The notes beneath the pieces are model-generated. The model made no database searches. It was given only the letters and a program-made list of their open reading frames with translations, and was not told the origin of the DNA. The translations under genes were made by a program, and so were the position numbers. Positions 24,701-34,800 of a DNA stretch of 64,000 bases are shown here, one piece after another (within the stretch, counting starts at the first letter, position 1; each line of letters begins with the position of its first letter). Location: positions 35,714,001 to 35,778,000 of the forward strand of contig CM052818.1 of NCBI GenBank assembly GCA_028534125.1, given 5' to 3'. This DNA comes from Lama glama (Eukaryota).

Positions 24701-26706
24701 GAATGTTCTTAAGACATTATCCTATCTTATCTTACAACTGTGCTATACGATGTAAGTCCTATTGCCGTCTCCATTTGATGGATGAGGTTAAAGAAACATG
24801 TCAAGGGTGCGTCGTCACCCTCAAGTGCTTCTCTAGTTGAGGAATCAAAATGAGGACAACTTTACAAAACTCAAAGACCAGGCACAGACAGGGTGGTGAC
24901 GAGACACGAATCCTGATCAGGTACCTGGCAGACAGAAAGCAGCTGGGCCAGCTGTCTTCCCTGCCTCCACTGCCCAGTCTTTGCCCTGGACCTGGAAGGA
25001 CCCAGATGAACTCTGTCACAGTGATGAGCTGGAGCTAGAGGTCCCTGGCCCCTCTGTGGGAGGAAGGAGGGGCCCGGACTGGACCTCACCGTTGCTCTCT
25101 GGTGCAGGAGGAGAAGTCGGACAAGGAGCGCTGGCAGCACCTGGCAGATCTGGCGGACTTTGCGCTCGCCATGAAGGACACACTCACCAACATCAACAAC
25201 CAGTCCTTCAACAACTTCATGCTGCGCATCGGTAAGGCCTCTAAGCCCCCTGCTCCTGCCAGGCTCCTTCCTGAAGCAGGGGACTCGGCAGATCCGGAAG
25301 GACAGAGGCTCAGAAAGGCCCGAGGCATTTCAGTTGGGGAGGGTCACACTCATCAAGCTGGAAGGGACCTTAAGGGTTTTTAGGTCCAGATCATCAAACT
25401 GAAAACATGAAATAATGATCAGCCATCCCTGTCCCATGCTCTTTACGATGGCCTTCCTTCTAAATCTGGTCGGGCCTTGAAGTCTACCCTTTCCAGGGAC
25501 TCTTCTGTGCCTGAGGGCTTTGGTCACCTTAGTCCAGCCTGTTAGGATTATTGTCACCTGCCACCAGTACTGGGAAGGGGGTCTCAATCCTGGGCGAGGT
25601 CACAGGAGACTAGAAGTACCAGGTGTTGGGAGAGACACGGGCAACTTCTGAACTAAATTAGCACATCAGGGTGGCAAAGCACGTAGTGAGGGAGGATGAG
25701 TTAGGAGACATGATTTCTGTCCTCAGGTAACTTGGAGTCAGGCTTGGTGAGGAATGTCATGTAAACTAGGAGCTTTGCGGTTGGAATCAGGTGGCAAGGT
25801 CTGTGCTGACTTCTGTGCCTCTACCCCAGGCATGAATAAAGGAGGGGTGCTGGCTGGGGTCATTGGAGCCCGGAAACCACACTATGACATCTGGGGCAAT
25901 ACAGTCAATGTTGCCAGCAGGATGGAGTCCACAGGGGTCATGGGCAACATTCAGGTACGTCCAGTCTGTGTGCTCTGTCCAGGGAACAGAAACCAGAGTA
26001 GTGCCTGTTCTGCCGGGCACTACTGCCTCCCTTCTGTTGGGCCAGCGTATCGAGTTGGCAGTGCTGAGATGAAGAGTAAGCAGGAAGAGATGCCTCAGCA
26101 GAAGAGAAAAATACTCCACCCCCATGTGCAAAATGTAGGTTTAAACTCTGGACAAGACTATCCTGCCTCTTAGTGTGAACTTTCTGACATCATGTGCCTC
26201 CGACAGCTTCCCCCAAACCACCTAAGCTCTATTGTCTGGGTCTGGCAGGGAAGCTCCATAAAAAAGGCGAAGGGGACAGCAAAGCAGGAGTAAAAGTTCC
26301 CCAACAAGGCGGCCTGTGGCTGACCTCCTAGGAGAGCGAGCACAAAGACTATCTTTGGGGAGAGGAGCCCCAGGCAGACCCCCTCCTCCTGCCCTCATCT
26401 CTCCCCATCCGTGCAGGGGAGAGCTGTGTGGATGGGGAGTTGACTCATGTGTGGGTACCACCACCGCCCCTTGGTCCAGGCTCACTCTCACCCCAAGCTC
26501 TCGTCCTGGCTCTCCCTCGACAGGTGGTGGAAGAAACCCAAGTGATCCTCCGGGAGTACGGCTTCCGCTTTGTGAGGAGGGGGCCCATCTTTGTGAAAGG
26601 GAAGGGGGAGCTGCTAACCTTCTTCCTGAAGGGCCGAGACAAGCCAGGCGCCTTCCCGAACGGCTCTTCTATCACGCTGCCCCACCAGGTAGTGGACAAC
26701 TCCTGA
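6595..26706 (+). CDS. ADCY3: Adenylate cyclase 3, last 19 coding exons (870 aa in window; N-terminus and first TM bundle are outside the window)
   Basis: Spliced exons total 2613 nt including stop, all GT-AG and in frame. C1a motifs [27 protein letters not shown]2a motifs [29 protein letters not shown]-terminus LPHQVVDNS* matches AC3. Confidence 0.98.
7115..7226 (+). CDS. ADCY3: ADCY3 exon [14 protein letters not shown]...FDKLAA (C1a)
   Basis: ttccag|T acceptor, GCT|gtaagt donor, 112 nt. Confidence 0.96.
7393..7520 (+). CDS. ADCY3: ADCY3 exon [16 protein letters not shown]...MVEAI
   Basis: ttccag|AAA acceptor, TTC|gtaagt donor, 128 nt. Confidence 0.96.
8851..9009 (+). CDS. ADCY3: ADCY3 exon [19 protein letters not shown]...EAGGIP
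   Basis: ggaag|G acceptor, AGG|gtgagt donor, 159 nt. Confidence 0.95.
9860..10037 (+). CDS. ADCY3: ADCY3 exon [12 protein letters not shown]...NGLNGS
   Basis: tccag|G acceptor, TCT|gtgagt donor, 178 nt. Confidence 0.95.
10965..11125 (-). mobile_element. MIR SINE fragment
   Basis: TTAATCCT...CAACCTATGAG...GCAGAGGAGGAAACTGAGGCCCAGAG...GTGGCAGAGCCGGG. Confidence 0.7.
12440..13118 (+). mobile_element. LINE-2 3' fragment
   Basis: CATCCTTGAC, CCAAGCCACTGTCATCTC, GTGTGAGCTCCAAGG, CACATAGTAGATACTCGGTAAATACTTGGTAAATGAATGAA. Confidence 0.7.
13527..13655 (+). CDS. ADCY3: ADCY3 exon [11 protein letters not shown]...EEQDAP (C1b)
   Basis: ctgcag|GCC acceptor, weak CCA|gtgcgt donor, 129 nt. Confidence 0.85.
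15333..15475 (+). CDS. ADCY3: ADCY3 exon [15 protein letters not shown]...ERESAQ(V)
   Basis: ttgcag|GCC acceptor, GGT|gtaagt donor, 143 nt. Confidence 0.93.
15711..15872 (+). CDS. ADCY3: ADCY3 exon [19 protein letters not shown]...ILIDP
   Basis: ctgcag|A acceptor, CTG|gtgagg donor, 162 nt. Confidence 0.94.
17062..17149 (+). CDS. ADCY3: ADCY3 exon [29 protein letters not shown] (TM)
   Basis: ttacag|G acceptor, CAG|gtaaga donor, 88 nt; not in the ORF track. Confidence 0.93.
17933..18049 (+). CDS. ADCY3: ADCY3 exon [23 protein letters not shown]...VVDM
   Basis: ttctag|GCC acceptor, ATG|gtgagc donor, 117 nt. Confidence 0.95.
19803..20062 (+). CDS. ADCY3: ADCY3 exon [14 protein letters not shown]...RRFQEH
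   Basis: ctccag|CTC acceptor, TGA|gtacga donor, 260 nt, two hydrophobic segments. Confidence 0.92.
20353..20418 (+). CDS. ADCY3: ADCY3 small exon [21 protein letters not shown]
   Basis: ccacag|C acceptor, CAG|gtaagg donor, 66 nt, NGT sequon. Confidence 0.9.
20960..21490 (+). mobile_element. L1M-type 3' fragment in an ADCY3 intron
   Basis: AT-rich block in GC-rich intron; AAGACTTGAATAGGAC, GCAATTCCACTGCTACGTATACACC, TAAATTGTGGT motifs. Confidence 0.7.
21847..21928 (+). CDS. ADCY3: ADCY3 exon [27 protein letters not shown]
   Basis: ccacag|G acceptor, CAC|gtgagt donor, 82 nt. Confidence 0.94.
22733..22891 (+). CDS. ADCY3: ADCY3 exon [12 protein letters not shown]...GSKKRDE
   Basis: ccatag|GTG acceptor, GAG|gtgagg donor, 159 nt. 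Confidence 0.96.
23383..23529 (+). CDS. ADCY3: ADCY3 exon [16 protein letters not shown]...ISDFDS (C2a)
   Basis: ttttag|GAG acceptor, TCT|gtgagt donor, 147 nt. Confidence 0.96.
24087..24206 (+). CDS. ADCY3: ADCY3 exon [25 protein letters not shown]...SSNK
   Basis: cttcag|CTC acceptor, AAG|gtagct donor, 120 nt. Confidence 0.96.
25108..25231 (+). CDS. ADCY3: ADCY3 exon [15 protein letters not shown]...FMLRI
   Basis: gtgcag|GAG acceptor, TCG|gtaagg donor, 124 nt. Confidence 0.95.
25830..25954 (+). CDS. ADCY3: ADCY3 exon [33 protein letters not shown]...NIQ
   Basis: ccccag|GC acceptor, CAG|gtacgt donor, 125 nt. Confidence 0.96.
26524..26706 (+). CDS. ADCY3: ADCY3 last coding exon [13 protein letters not shown]...HQVVDNS*
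   Basis: cgacag|GTG acceptor, TGA stop ends at 26706. Confidence 0.96.
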   Translation: MVEETQVILREYGFRFVRRGPIFVKGKGELLTFFLKGRDKPGAFPNGSSITLPHQVVDNS

Positions 26707-27490
26707 ATGGCCTCCAGCCCCACAAGAATCCTAGTGGGAAGGGAGTTTATTTTGGGGAATCAAAGAAAGGCCTTGGGAAAGACAAATGACCAAGTCCCAG
26801 CATTCCCCAACTGTTAGAGTGCACACTCACATAGACTTTAGGTTTAAAAATCTCAAGCCTTCATTTGTTCGTGGATGTGTGAGCTCTGAGGGTGGCCAGG
26901 CTCTTCCTGTGTGCCTGTAGCTTCCCCAGAGAGTAGGGCTCTTAGGCATAGTCCTTGAACAATCCTTCCAGAGCCCAGGTTCCGACCAGCCCTCCTTCCC
27001 CCGAGAGGCCACGGCCACTGTGAGCAGGAACTTATGGGAGCTGGAACAAGGCTGCTGCCTTTGGGCCGGGCTGGGCGCACAGGCGGGGAAGTTCTGCTTA
27101 AGACGAGGGCGGCAGGTGCTCTGCTCCCCAGCTAGACCTGGGAAGCAGTGCTTTCCATCCGCTGTGGTCTCAGTTAGGTGAAATGGCCCTCGTCCTGATA
27201 ATCTTGAAAGGTTCTTCTGGAACCCCAGTCACCTTAGTCATGACAGCAGAAAGTGCAATATTTTCCTTTCACCTGGGGGAGGGAGGGAAAGGGACTTTAT
27301 TTCTGAAAGAAAAATATATAAACAGATCTTCTACATTTATATTTTTAACTTTCTGTTAAAAAACACTCCAATATTGCCTTGCCTTCTGAGCTCTTGCTAC
27401 AGTCGCCTTTGCTACTGCTTTAAAAGAGAACTTACAGGTATTGATAAAAAAGAAGACTGTTTTATTAAAAGCTTTATTCAACTTGAATGT
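26707..27490 (+). other. ADCY3: ADCY3 3' UTR (end approximate)
   Basis: Follows the stop; AU-rich distal part; ATTAAA at 27464-27469. Confidence 0.7.
27461..27478. terminator. Clustered poly(A) signals: ATTAAA (+, 27464-27469) and AATAAA (-, 27461-27466 and 27473-27478)
   Basis: TTTATTAAAAGCTTTATT lies between the convergent ADCY3 and CENPO. Confidence 0.65.
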
Positions 27491-28709
27491 GATCACTGTG
27501 CACATTCTGTTACTAGCCCTCATCTGAGAAGTGCTTGCCTCCACCCCTACCCCCACCCACTGGTCCTCACCACATGCCTGGAAGGCAATAACCTGAACCA
27601 AAACCTCTCTCATTCTTAAGCTGCTTCCCTATAAATGGTGGGTCAAGCTGGCATGACCAGTCCCCTGCACTCCTCCCAGAGTAACCTGGAGCTCCCACGT
27701 GTGGAGCTTGTATCATGGCCCTCAGGTCTAAGATGTGACCAGTTTTCAGTGACGCCAGAATGCAGCTCTGGGCCTTGGGCAGTAAGGGCAGCAGTGACTT
27801 ATACTATCTGTGACTGCGCCAAGGGTGGGGGACAAGAAGTGACATGGCAGGACAACACAGGTTTTCACATCTGTGCACTGGCCCTGCACACACTCCCATA
27901 AGCCAAGGAACAAAAGCACCAGCAGAGCAGAGGCCATGGTTACAAGAAGAGGTACATTAATTGAACTAGGAGGTGAGGAAGACAACTAAGCAGCCGGGGC
28001 CTATGGCTTGCAGGAGAGGGACCACTTCTGTTTGCAATCAAGTTACGAGTAGACCTCTGACCATGCTTTTTTATAGCTGACTTAATACACTGTCTCTACT
28101 AACATGTTTTAGGAAATGATATTAAATACATAGAACTCCAATTATTTTATCCATAGTGCTTTCTCACACATTTTTTGGAAAGCAGTGACCTAGAATATAC
28201 TGCTCCAAACCAAAGGTGAAACACACTTCCCTTAACTATATGATTCATGTTCATACCATTCTACTCACCTAAAGTGTTCAAAAAACGTTCTTTTCAAAAG
28301 CTGCAGACAGAAGAATGAGGCAAAATTACTTAAAAGTTTCATAAAAGCTAGAAATACTTTCAGTTGAATGGTACATACACCCTCTTCCACAAATGCTTCC
28401 TCTTACCCTACAAACCACTGTGATTTTCAGCTAAAATGTACGATCAACTCAGTATCTCAGAAGAGGTGACGCTGATTGTTATAACGTGTCGCTAGGCGAT
28501 CATGGAGAACTATCCAAAAATGCCGACGTCTACAGACACACACTTACCCCTCGTCAGCCTGAGGCGGTGGCTGTCTGTGCTTACTGCAAGGACAGTCCCC
28601 AGGCAAGGAGTCAGAGCCTTTCAACAGGTTTCCATGCCCAGGACCTTGCCTACAACTGTGCCGCTACCAGTTTACTCACTTCTGAAGTGCTCCCAATGGC
28701 ACTAACACT

Positions 28710-28846
28710 CTAGGAGACCAGGCTCATATCCAGCTTTTCTCCTTTTCTTGCAAATGAAGTAAACACTTGATGCAGGGGCTTTGTAAAAAACATATGTTCA
28801 TGGGCTGCTCGCTGTTCTTCCCACGTGGTGGCTGATGCATCCGTCC
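28710..28846 (-). CDS. CENPO: CENPO last coding exon TDASATTWEEQRAAHE...DMSLVS*
   Basis: ttttag|GG acceptor, TAG at 28712-28710. Confidence 0.94.
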
Positions 28847-31800
28847 CTAAAAAAGACAGATTCTATCAATCCCATTCAGTGCGACTAGACGGATCAGAAT
28901 CTGGTCATTAATATTCTGGACTCGTATAACTTTTTTTTTTTTGATCTGGAGCTGAGAGAGGCTTGCCCCGTAATGGTTCAGTGAAATTTTGAGACTAGAA
29001 ACTTAAGATTCTGCCCAGAGAAATCTAAAACCTGTGATGTGAAACCTGCGGCGGCCTCAAAATTCCTGCCTCCTAAAAACGTTTTATCCTTTTTTTCATT
29101 ATTGCCCATCACATTTCTACAGTACATTTAGCTGAAACAAAGTCACAACAAATGTCTCTCAGCCATCCCTGAACAATTCCCAGTCAGAGAACAGTCTCTG
29201 GGGAGCTAAGTGTACACGGGCTTGTCACATCTACCTGGCTTCACAGTGAAGTGAGCCCTGGGTCCCTCACCAGTGACCCTGTGACCAGCCGCAAGAGCTG
29301 TCCCTCTCTCAGGGGTCTCCCTCTGATGAAAACAAACCATAAGCTGAAAGAACACTGGCAGGCTCAGACAGCAAAACAGGAAGGAAAACTAGGAGAGTTA
29401 TATTCACTACTTACAAGGAGGAGAGGAGAAACAAAGAAAATATTCTTGGTATTTTCCTGTCCTTGTATGTTTCCGTTTATGGTACATCAATAGAAGAAAG
29501 TTTCTCAAGAGTTTCAGCTGATGCAGTCTCACTGCTTCACCCTGTCTCCATCAGCCTGAATAACTTGGGGCCTGCTGTCATTTCCTCCTGGAAGCAGCCT
29601 TCCCCTTACCTCGATAAGTAACGGTGACATCAGTTGGAAGGGCTGTTGTGAGGTCCTTGTACAGCAGCCTGGCACAAAATGGGAAGGACTGGTCCTTCGG
29701 CTCCACTTTGTAAGTAAATGACAGCAAGTTGCACAGTGAGTTTCTCTGCAAGGGCCCAGCCAGATAGGCTGCAAAGTCACTCTAATGGTGGGAATCAACA
29801 GAGACACAAAGTATACGACAGTTACAGCTCCAAAGGAGTGGTGGTGACGCTTCAGACATGTCTACCAAAAATAGGGCACGTTAATTAAATCTCAGAGAAA
29901 TAAATGAAGGACAGGCAAAGACCTGAAAAAAGAACAACTGATACAGATTAGATAACTAAGAGTTGGTGGCAGCCTAGAAGGCGTGCAGGAAGCACTAAGT
30001 AAATGGCCAGGGGTTGGGGCTGCAGGTGAGATACTATTTCTGCCAAGAATTTCACTGACATCATACATGTGGTTAAGATGCCTCATGCCTACATTCACAT
30101 TTCAATTTAAGTTTATCAAACTGACAACCAGGAGCTTCAGAGTTATCCAAAAGCATAAAGAAGGAAATGCTAATAAGCTTTTAAGAGTCACTCATTCCCT
30201 ATTTGCATTCATTTCTTGTCAGTTTTTTTTTCTAACCCTCAACCCTAGCCCCTAGTTCAACTGCAATCCTAAGAAAGCTAGCTAGCGCTTAGGCAAAGAT
30301 GGACAGTGCTCCTCTTATGGTATTTCAGAAACCATTATTCTGCTTTGAATCTGTACCCAAGGTTCAGCAAGACACTTGGCACACAGTGAGGATTCTATAA
30401 ATCTCTCCTGAATTGGAAGTACAGCAACTGTACTCTACCACTTTGTGAGAGGAAGGAAGGGTCAAGTATAAAAACCTGAGGACCACCACTCATGAGTGAA
30501 AACCCCTTAACCAGTATCCATGCTTCAACATCATCCAGAGTTTCAGCAGAACAGAAGGTGGAAAATCATTTGTATGCAAATAAGAAACAAGCATTAGAAG
30601 GATAATGGTCAAATTTCTGGCTCAGAGTTAAACATTTTAAAGTACAAAAGAAAACTTGTCCCTTTTTTTCCTTTTAAGCCTATGCGGGCTCACAAAATGC
30701 TTTAAGATCTCAGATACCTGAAGTCGATCTGCCTGGTACTTCCTCCCAGAGTAAGCATTTAGGTATTCGCAAAGAATAAACAGGAAGTGCTGAATATTAG
30801 TCTGTAAGTATTTTGCAGCTATCTCCTCTAGAGGAATGAAGACTGGAATCGAATGGTGATGTATCCGAAGTGGTTTCTGTATGACAAGGTCCACAAAATA
30901 GGAATCCAGGAGATTCCCCTCAAAAGCAGTGCTGATACAAACACAGACTCCTCGGCTGGTCAGTTTCCCACTGATCCCTGAGAGAAACAAGAGGATACCT
31001 CTTAAGAGATGTCAGGCAAAGGCAGTATCTTATTCATCTGTGCACCCCAGTCCCCTCAGTACTGCCCACTACATACATTATGTACTCAGATGATTGTTGA
31101 ATGAATGACTCACTGGCTCACTTTGAGTTTGAGTGTTAAAACCACAGAAGAATGGTGGGAAAGAAAACACACCCTAAACATCAAATTATTGAGGAAGAGA
31201 TTTTGAAATTTTCAATTTACCTATGCTTTTTCTCCCTGAGTGTCAAGTAATTTATGGTAGTCCCCAGTTGTCCCCACAATCCTCTTATGATACAGATGGT
31301 AGGGAGAATAAATCTCCATTTTAATGGTGAAACAGAGACTTGAGGGGTTCAAACTATTTGACCAGTGGCATAGAAAAAGCCAGCAGTAAGACAGGTTCTG
31401 GTACAGGGTCTAGTACATGTTGAATTGCTAAAATGAATAGTCTAAGCCAGCCAGCAACCAATCTCCTGCTGCACAGAGAGGCCAACTGTGTAGGTAAAGT
31501 TGCCCATGAATAGCATGCCAGCTTTGCGTGCGTATGTTAGGAGAAGCAAAAATTAATGTTCATGAAATAAGTCCAGGACTAATAACACATCTTGCAAACT
31601 AACTCACTAGAAACAAGAGGCCCAGACTGAAACAGATCAAAACAATTATACCTGTAAAACGATATGCCTGTAGAATGGCTTTCACATTTTCCTGTTTTCT
31701 CTCCAAAATTTCTTGCTCACTAATCTCCAATGTTTGGTCAGACTCTACATTGGCAGCAGATGCTTTAACCTGCAAGATATGTAGGTCAAACTGGGTACAA

Positions 31801-34800
31801 AGGGACGTAAGAAAAGTCCCTGCCCTTACCTCACTGGAAAAGAGTAAATGCAGAGTATTTTTTTCATCATGTCACAAATCAAGAACTGCTACGGGGGGAG
31901 GGCATATATAGATTAAGTGGCAGAGCACATGCTTAACATGCACAAGGTTCTGGGTTCAATCCCCAGTACCTCCTCTAAAAATAATAAATAAATAAACCTA
32001 ATTACTCCCCCCAGAAATAAACAAAAATAAATTTAAATAAATAAAAAAAAAGAAACGCTACAGAGGCCAGCAGCTATTGCTATGAAGCCACAGGAGAGGA
32101 AGAATCTTGTGGGTTGTGGTGCCAGGAATCAAAAGTACAAACTGTACTGGCCTGAAGAATGGATTTGGTTGGAATGGAGAGTATTGTGAGAGGAGAAAGA
32201 AAAGGAAGTGAGGAAAATCTAGGGTGAGCAAAAACAGCTGCGAAAGGCAAGGCTGGGAAAGTTGGTGTGGGTCAGACTGTGTAGGTTTTCGAGTGCCAGG
32301 ATGAGAGATACTGACTATGCTGCACACTGTGAGCTATGGCCCAGTAGATGGTATCAGACTAACTCTCCCTCTGAGACAGCTTTACAAAATTTTGGATGAA
32401 ATACCAAAAAGAAGTAATCATGCAAGTAAACAAAAAGAAAATGGCCCGAAGGCATTAGAGAACCACCAAAATAACCAGATTGAAGGCTGAAGATAAATGC
32501 CCTAAAGTGAGCTGGGGTTTTCCCTGAGGCTTTTCCCCTCAGAATGTTGGCTGATTTCTATCACAAGGCATATAGGCCAATCAGAAAGCTGCAGGCTAGA
32601 CTCTGTAGCTATCTCAGGTGCCAGGGAAACAAACTGAAGGCCAGGGTTACCAAAGAGCCTTCCTATGGCCAAAACATGGAAAAGGGAACCCAACATTCTA
32701 CATGCAATTTGCCCTCCAGGCATTTGCCCAATCCTAAACTGCCTATGTGTGAAGAATTGCTGAGAAACCAAACAGAAAGAGGCTACTGAAAGTTAAAACG
32801 CTAAGCAGAGGTTCTGGCGGTCAGGGCTTGCCAAAGAAGAGGGACCTTAATGGATCTGTCTTCAACACACCCAAGCTTTCAATTGAGGCCCCTCTCAAAA
32901 GGACTACACCCTAGGAAAAAGGGCAAACCAGAAACAGACCATCCCAATTGATTAAGGCTGTATGTCCATATGCAATCTGCCTGTCAGAAAAAAAGTGAAA
33001 TTCTTTCTGGAGAAGAGAGCATAGCTCAGAATCACTATATTTTTTTCATACAATACCCATCATTGAATAAAAAAAGAATATCCAGGCATATCAGGGAAGA
33101 GGAAAATATAACTGAAAACCAAGGGGAAAAAAGACAACACACGCAGACCCAAGGGGATTCAGCTATTTGGGTTATTAAGCATAGTCATTAAAATAGATTA
33201 AAAGTCGAAGAACTCATACCAAACGGCTGGAATCCATAAAAAAGAATCAGATGAAAAAGTCTAAACCCAAAAAATACAGTAAACAAAATTAGGAATTTAA
33301 CAAGTCTGAAAGCTAAGTGGACACATAAGAAAAGATAAGTAGAAAACAGATACATTTTCATACCTGTATTAAAGCAGAGTAAGGATATAAGACATGAGTC
33401 ACAATAAAAGAAACTCCAGAAATAAAAAAATGAGGCACATGCATTATTTAAAGAGATGGCCATATTTTCTAAATAAATGAAAACCAGCAAGTAATTAATT
33501 AAAGGAGTACTACAAACACCAAGCAGGATGAAGAAAGAAAACCAATCTTAGCCACATTATGATATAAAACTGCTAAAAACCAAAGAAAGAATCTTAAAAG
33601 CAGCCAGAAGGAAAAAGACACATTATATTGAAACAATAAGACTAACATCTGACAGAAACTATGGAGCTAGAAGACAATGGAAAAATGTATTTAAAGTATA
33701 AAAGAAACTAACTTTCAATCTATAATTCTGTACACAGCAAAATTATCCCTTAAATGTGAAAAACAGAGTGATATCAGGGTGTTTTCAGGCAAACAAAAAG
33801 ATGATTTATTTCCAGCACACTTATACTGAAAGTACTACTTACACTGAAGGAAAATAATCCCAGATGAAAATATGGAAAGGTAGGAAGTAGTAAAGAGCAC
33901 TGAAAAGGGTAAATATATATGTAATTCTAAAGGAATAGTGATTGTACAAACAATAAAAGTGTTTCATAGAGTTTAAGTATATGTAAAATTAAATATATGA
34001 CAATAACATGAAAAGTTGGATGTGTGGGAGAGAAAAGATGTTAGAAGGTTCTATAATTATCCAGAAAGTGGTACAAGTACTAATCTGAAGTATACTCTAG
34101 TAAGGAGGGGGAAAAAGCATGTTTTCTTGAGGATAACCACTAAATGAATACTAAAGGATGTTTAATTAAGCTAATGGAAAAGTGGAATAATAAAAAATAA
34201 AAAGATCAATCCAAAAGGTGGCAAGAAAGGAGAAAAGACAAAGAACAAGTAGGATAATAAACAGTAACACAGTAGACTGAGATCAAGTATGTCAGTAATC
34301 ATATTAATAGTTCATGCACTAAATACTCCAATTAAAAGACAAAGACTGTCAGGCTTGATTAAAAATGCCTAACTAAATGCTACTTACAACAAGAGCTGTT
34401 GCAATTGTAATCATATTTGACAACGTTTACTTTAAGGCAAGAGGTTTAATTAAAAGGGAATGTTTCATAATAATAAAAGGTTAACTCAACCAGGAAGATA
34501 GAACAATCCTAAATTTGTTTGTAGCTACTATACAGTAAAACAGAATGAAAGGTAAAAAAATGTACAAATCCATAATTACAGTGGGAGATTTCAACACATT
34601 TATCCCAGTTAACTGATAAAACAAGTTGACAAGTAAATTAGTCATGTGAAGTATTAGATATTTTATTTTGAGGATATAAAATATTTGATACTATAATATA
34701 AAGTACTTGAACACCATGATGATCACATTTGGTCTCTTTGATATACAGAGTGAATACCCAAAAATGCAAAATCCACATTTAAAGCACATGGAACATTTAT

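Noticed and set aside
25105..25116. CAG-GAG-GAG-AAG serial NAG acceptors
   Set aside because: GAG acceptors are rarely used; the proximal CAG gives the expected protein
6313..26723. Minus-strand ORFs overlapping ADCY3 exons (e.g. 6313-6714, 19632-20135)
   Set aside because: Antisense shadows of GC3-rich codons; no independent gene structure
31900..31970. tRNA-like A/B boxes
   Set aside because: Head of a SINE with A tail and TSD; degenerate D-arm region, not a tRNA gene
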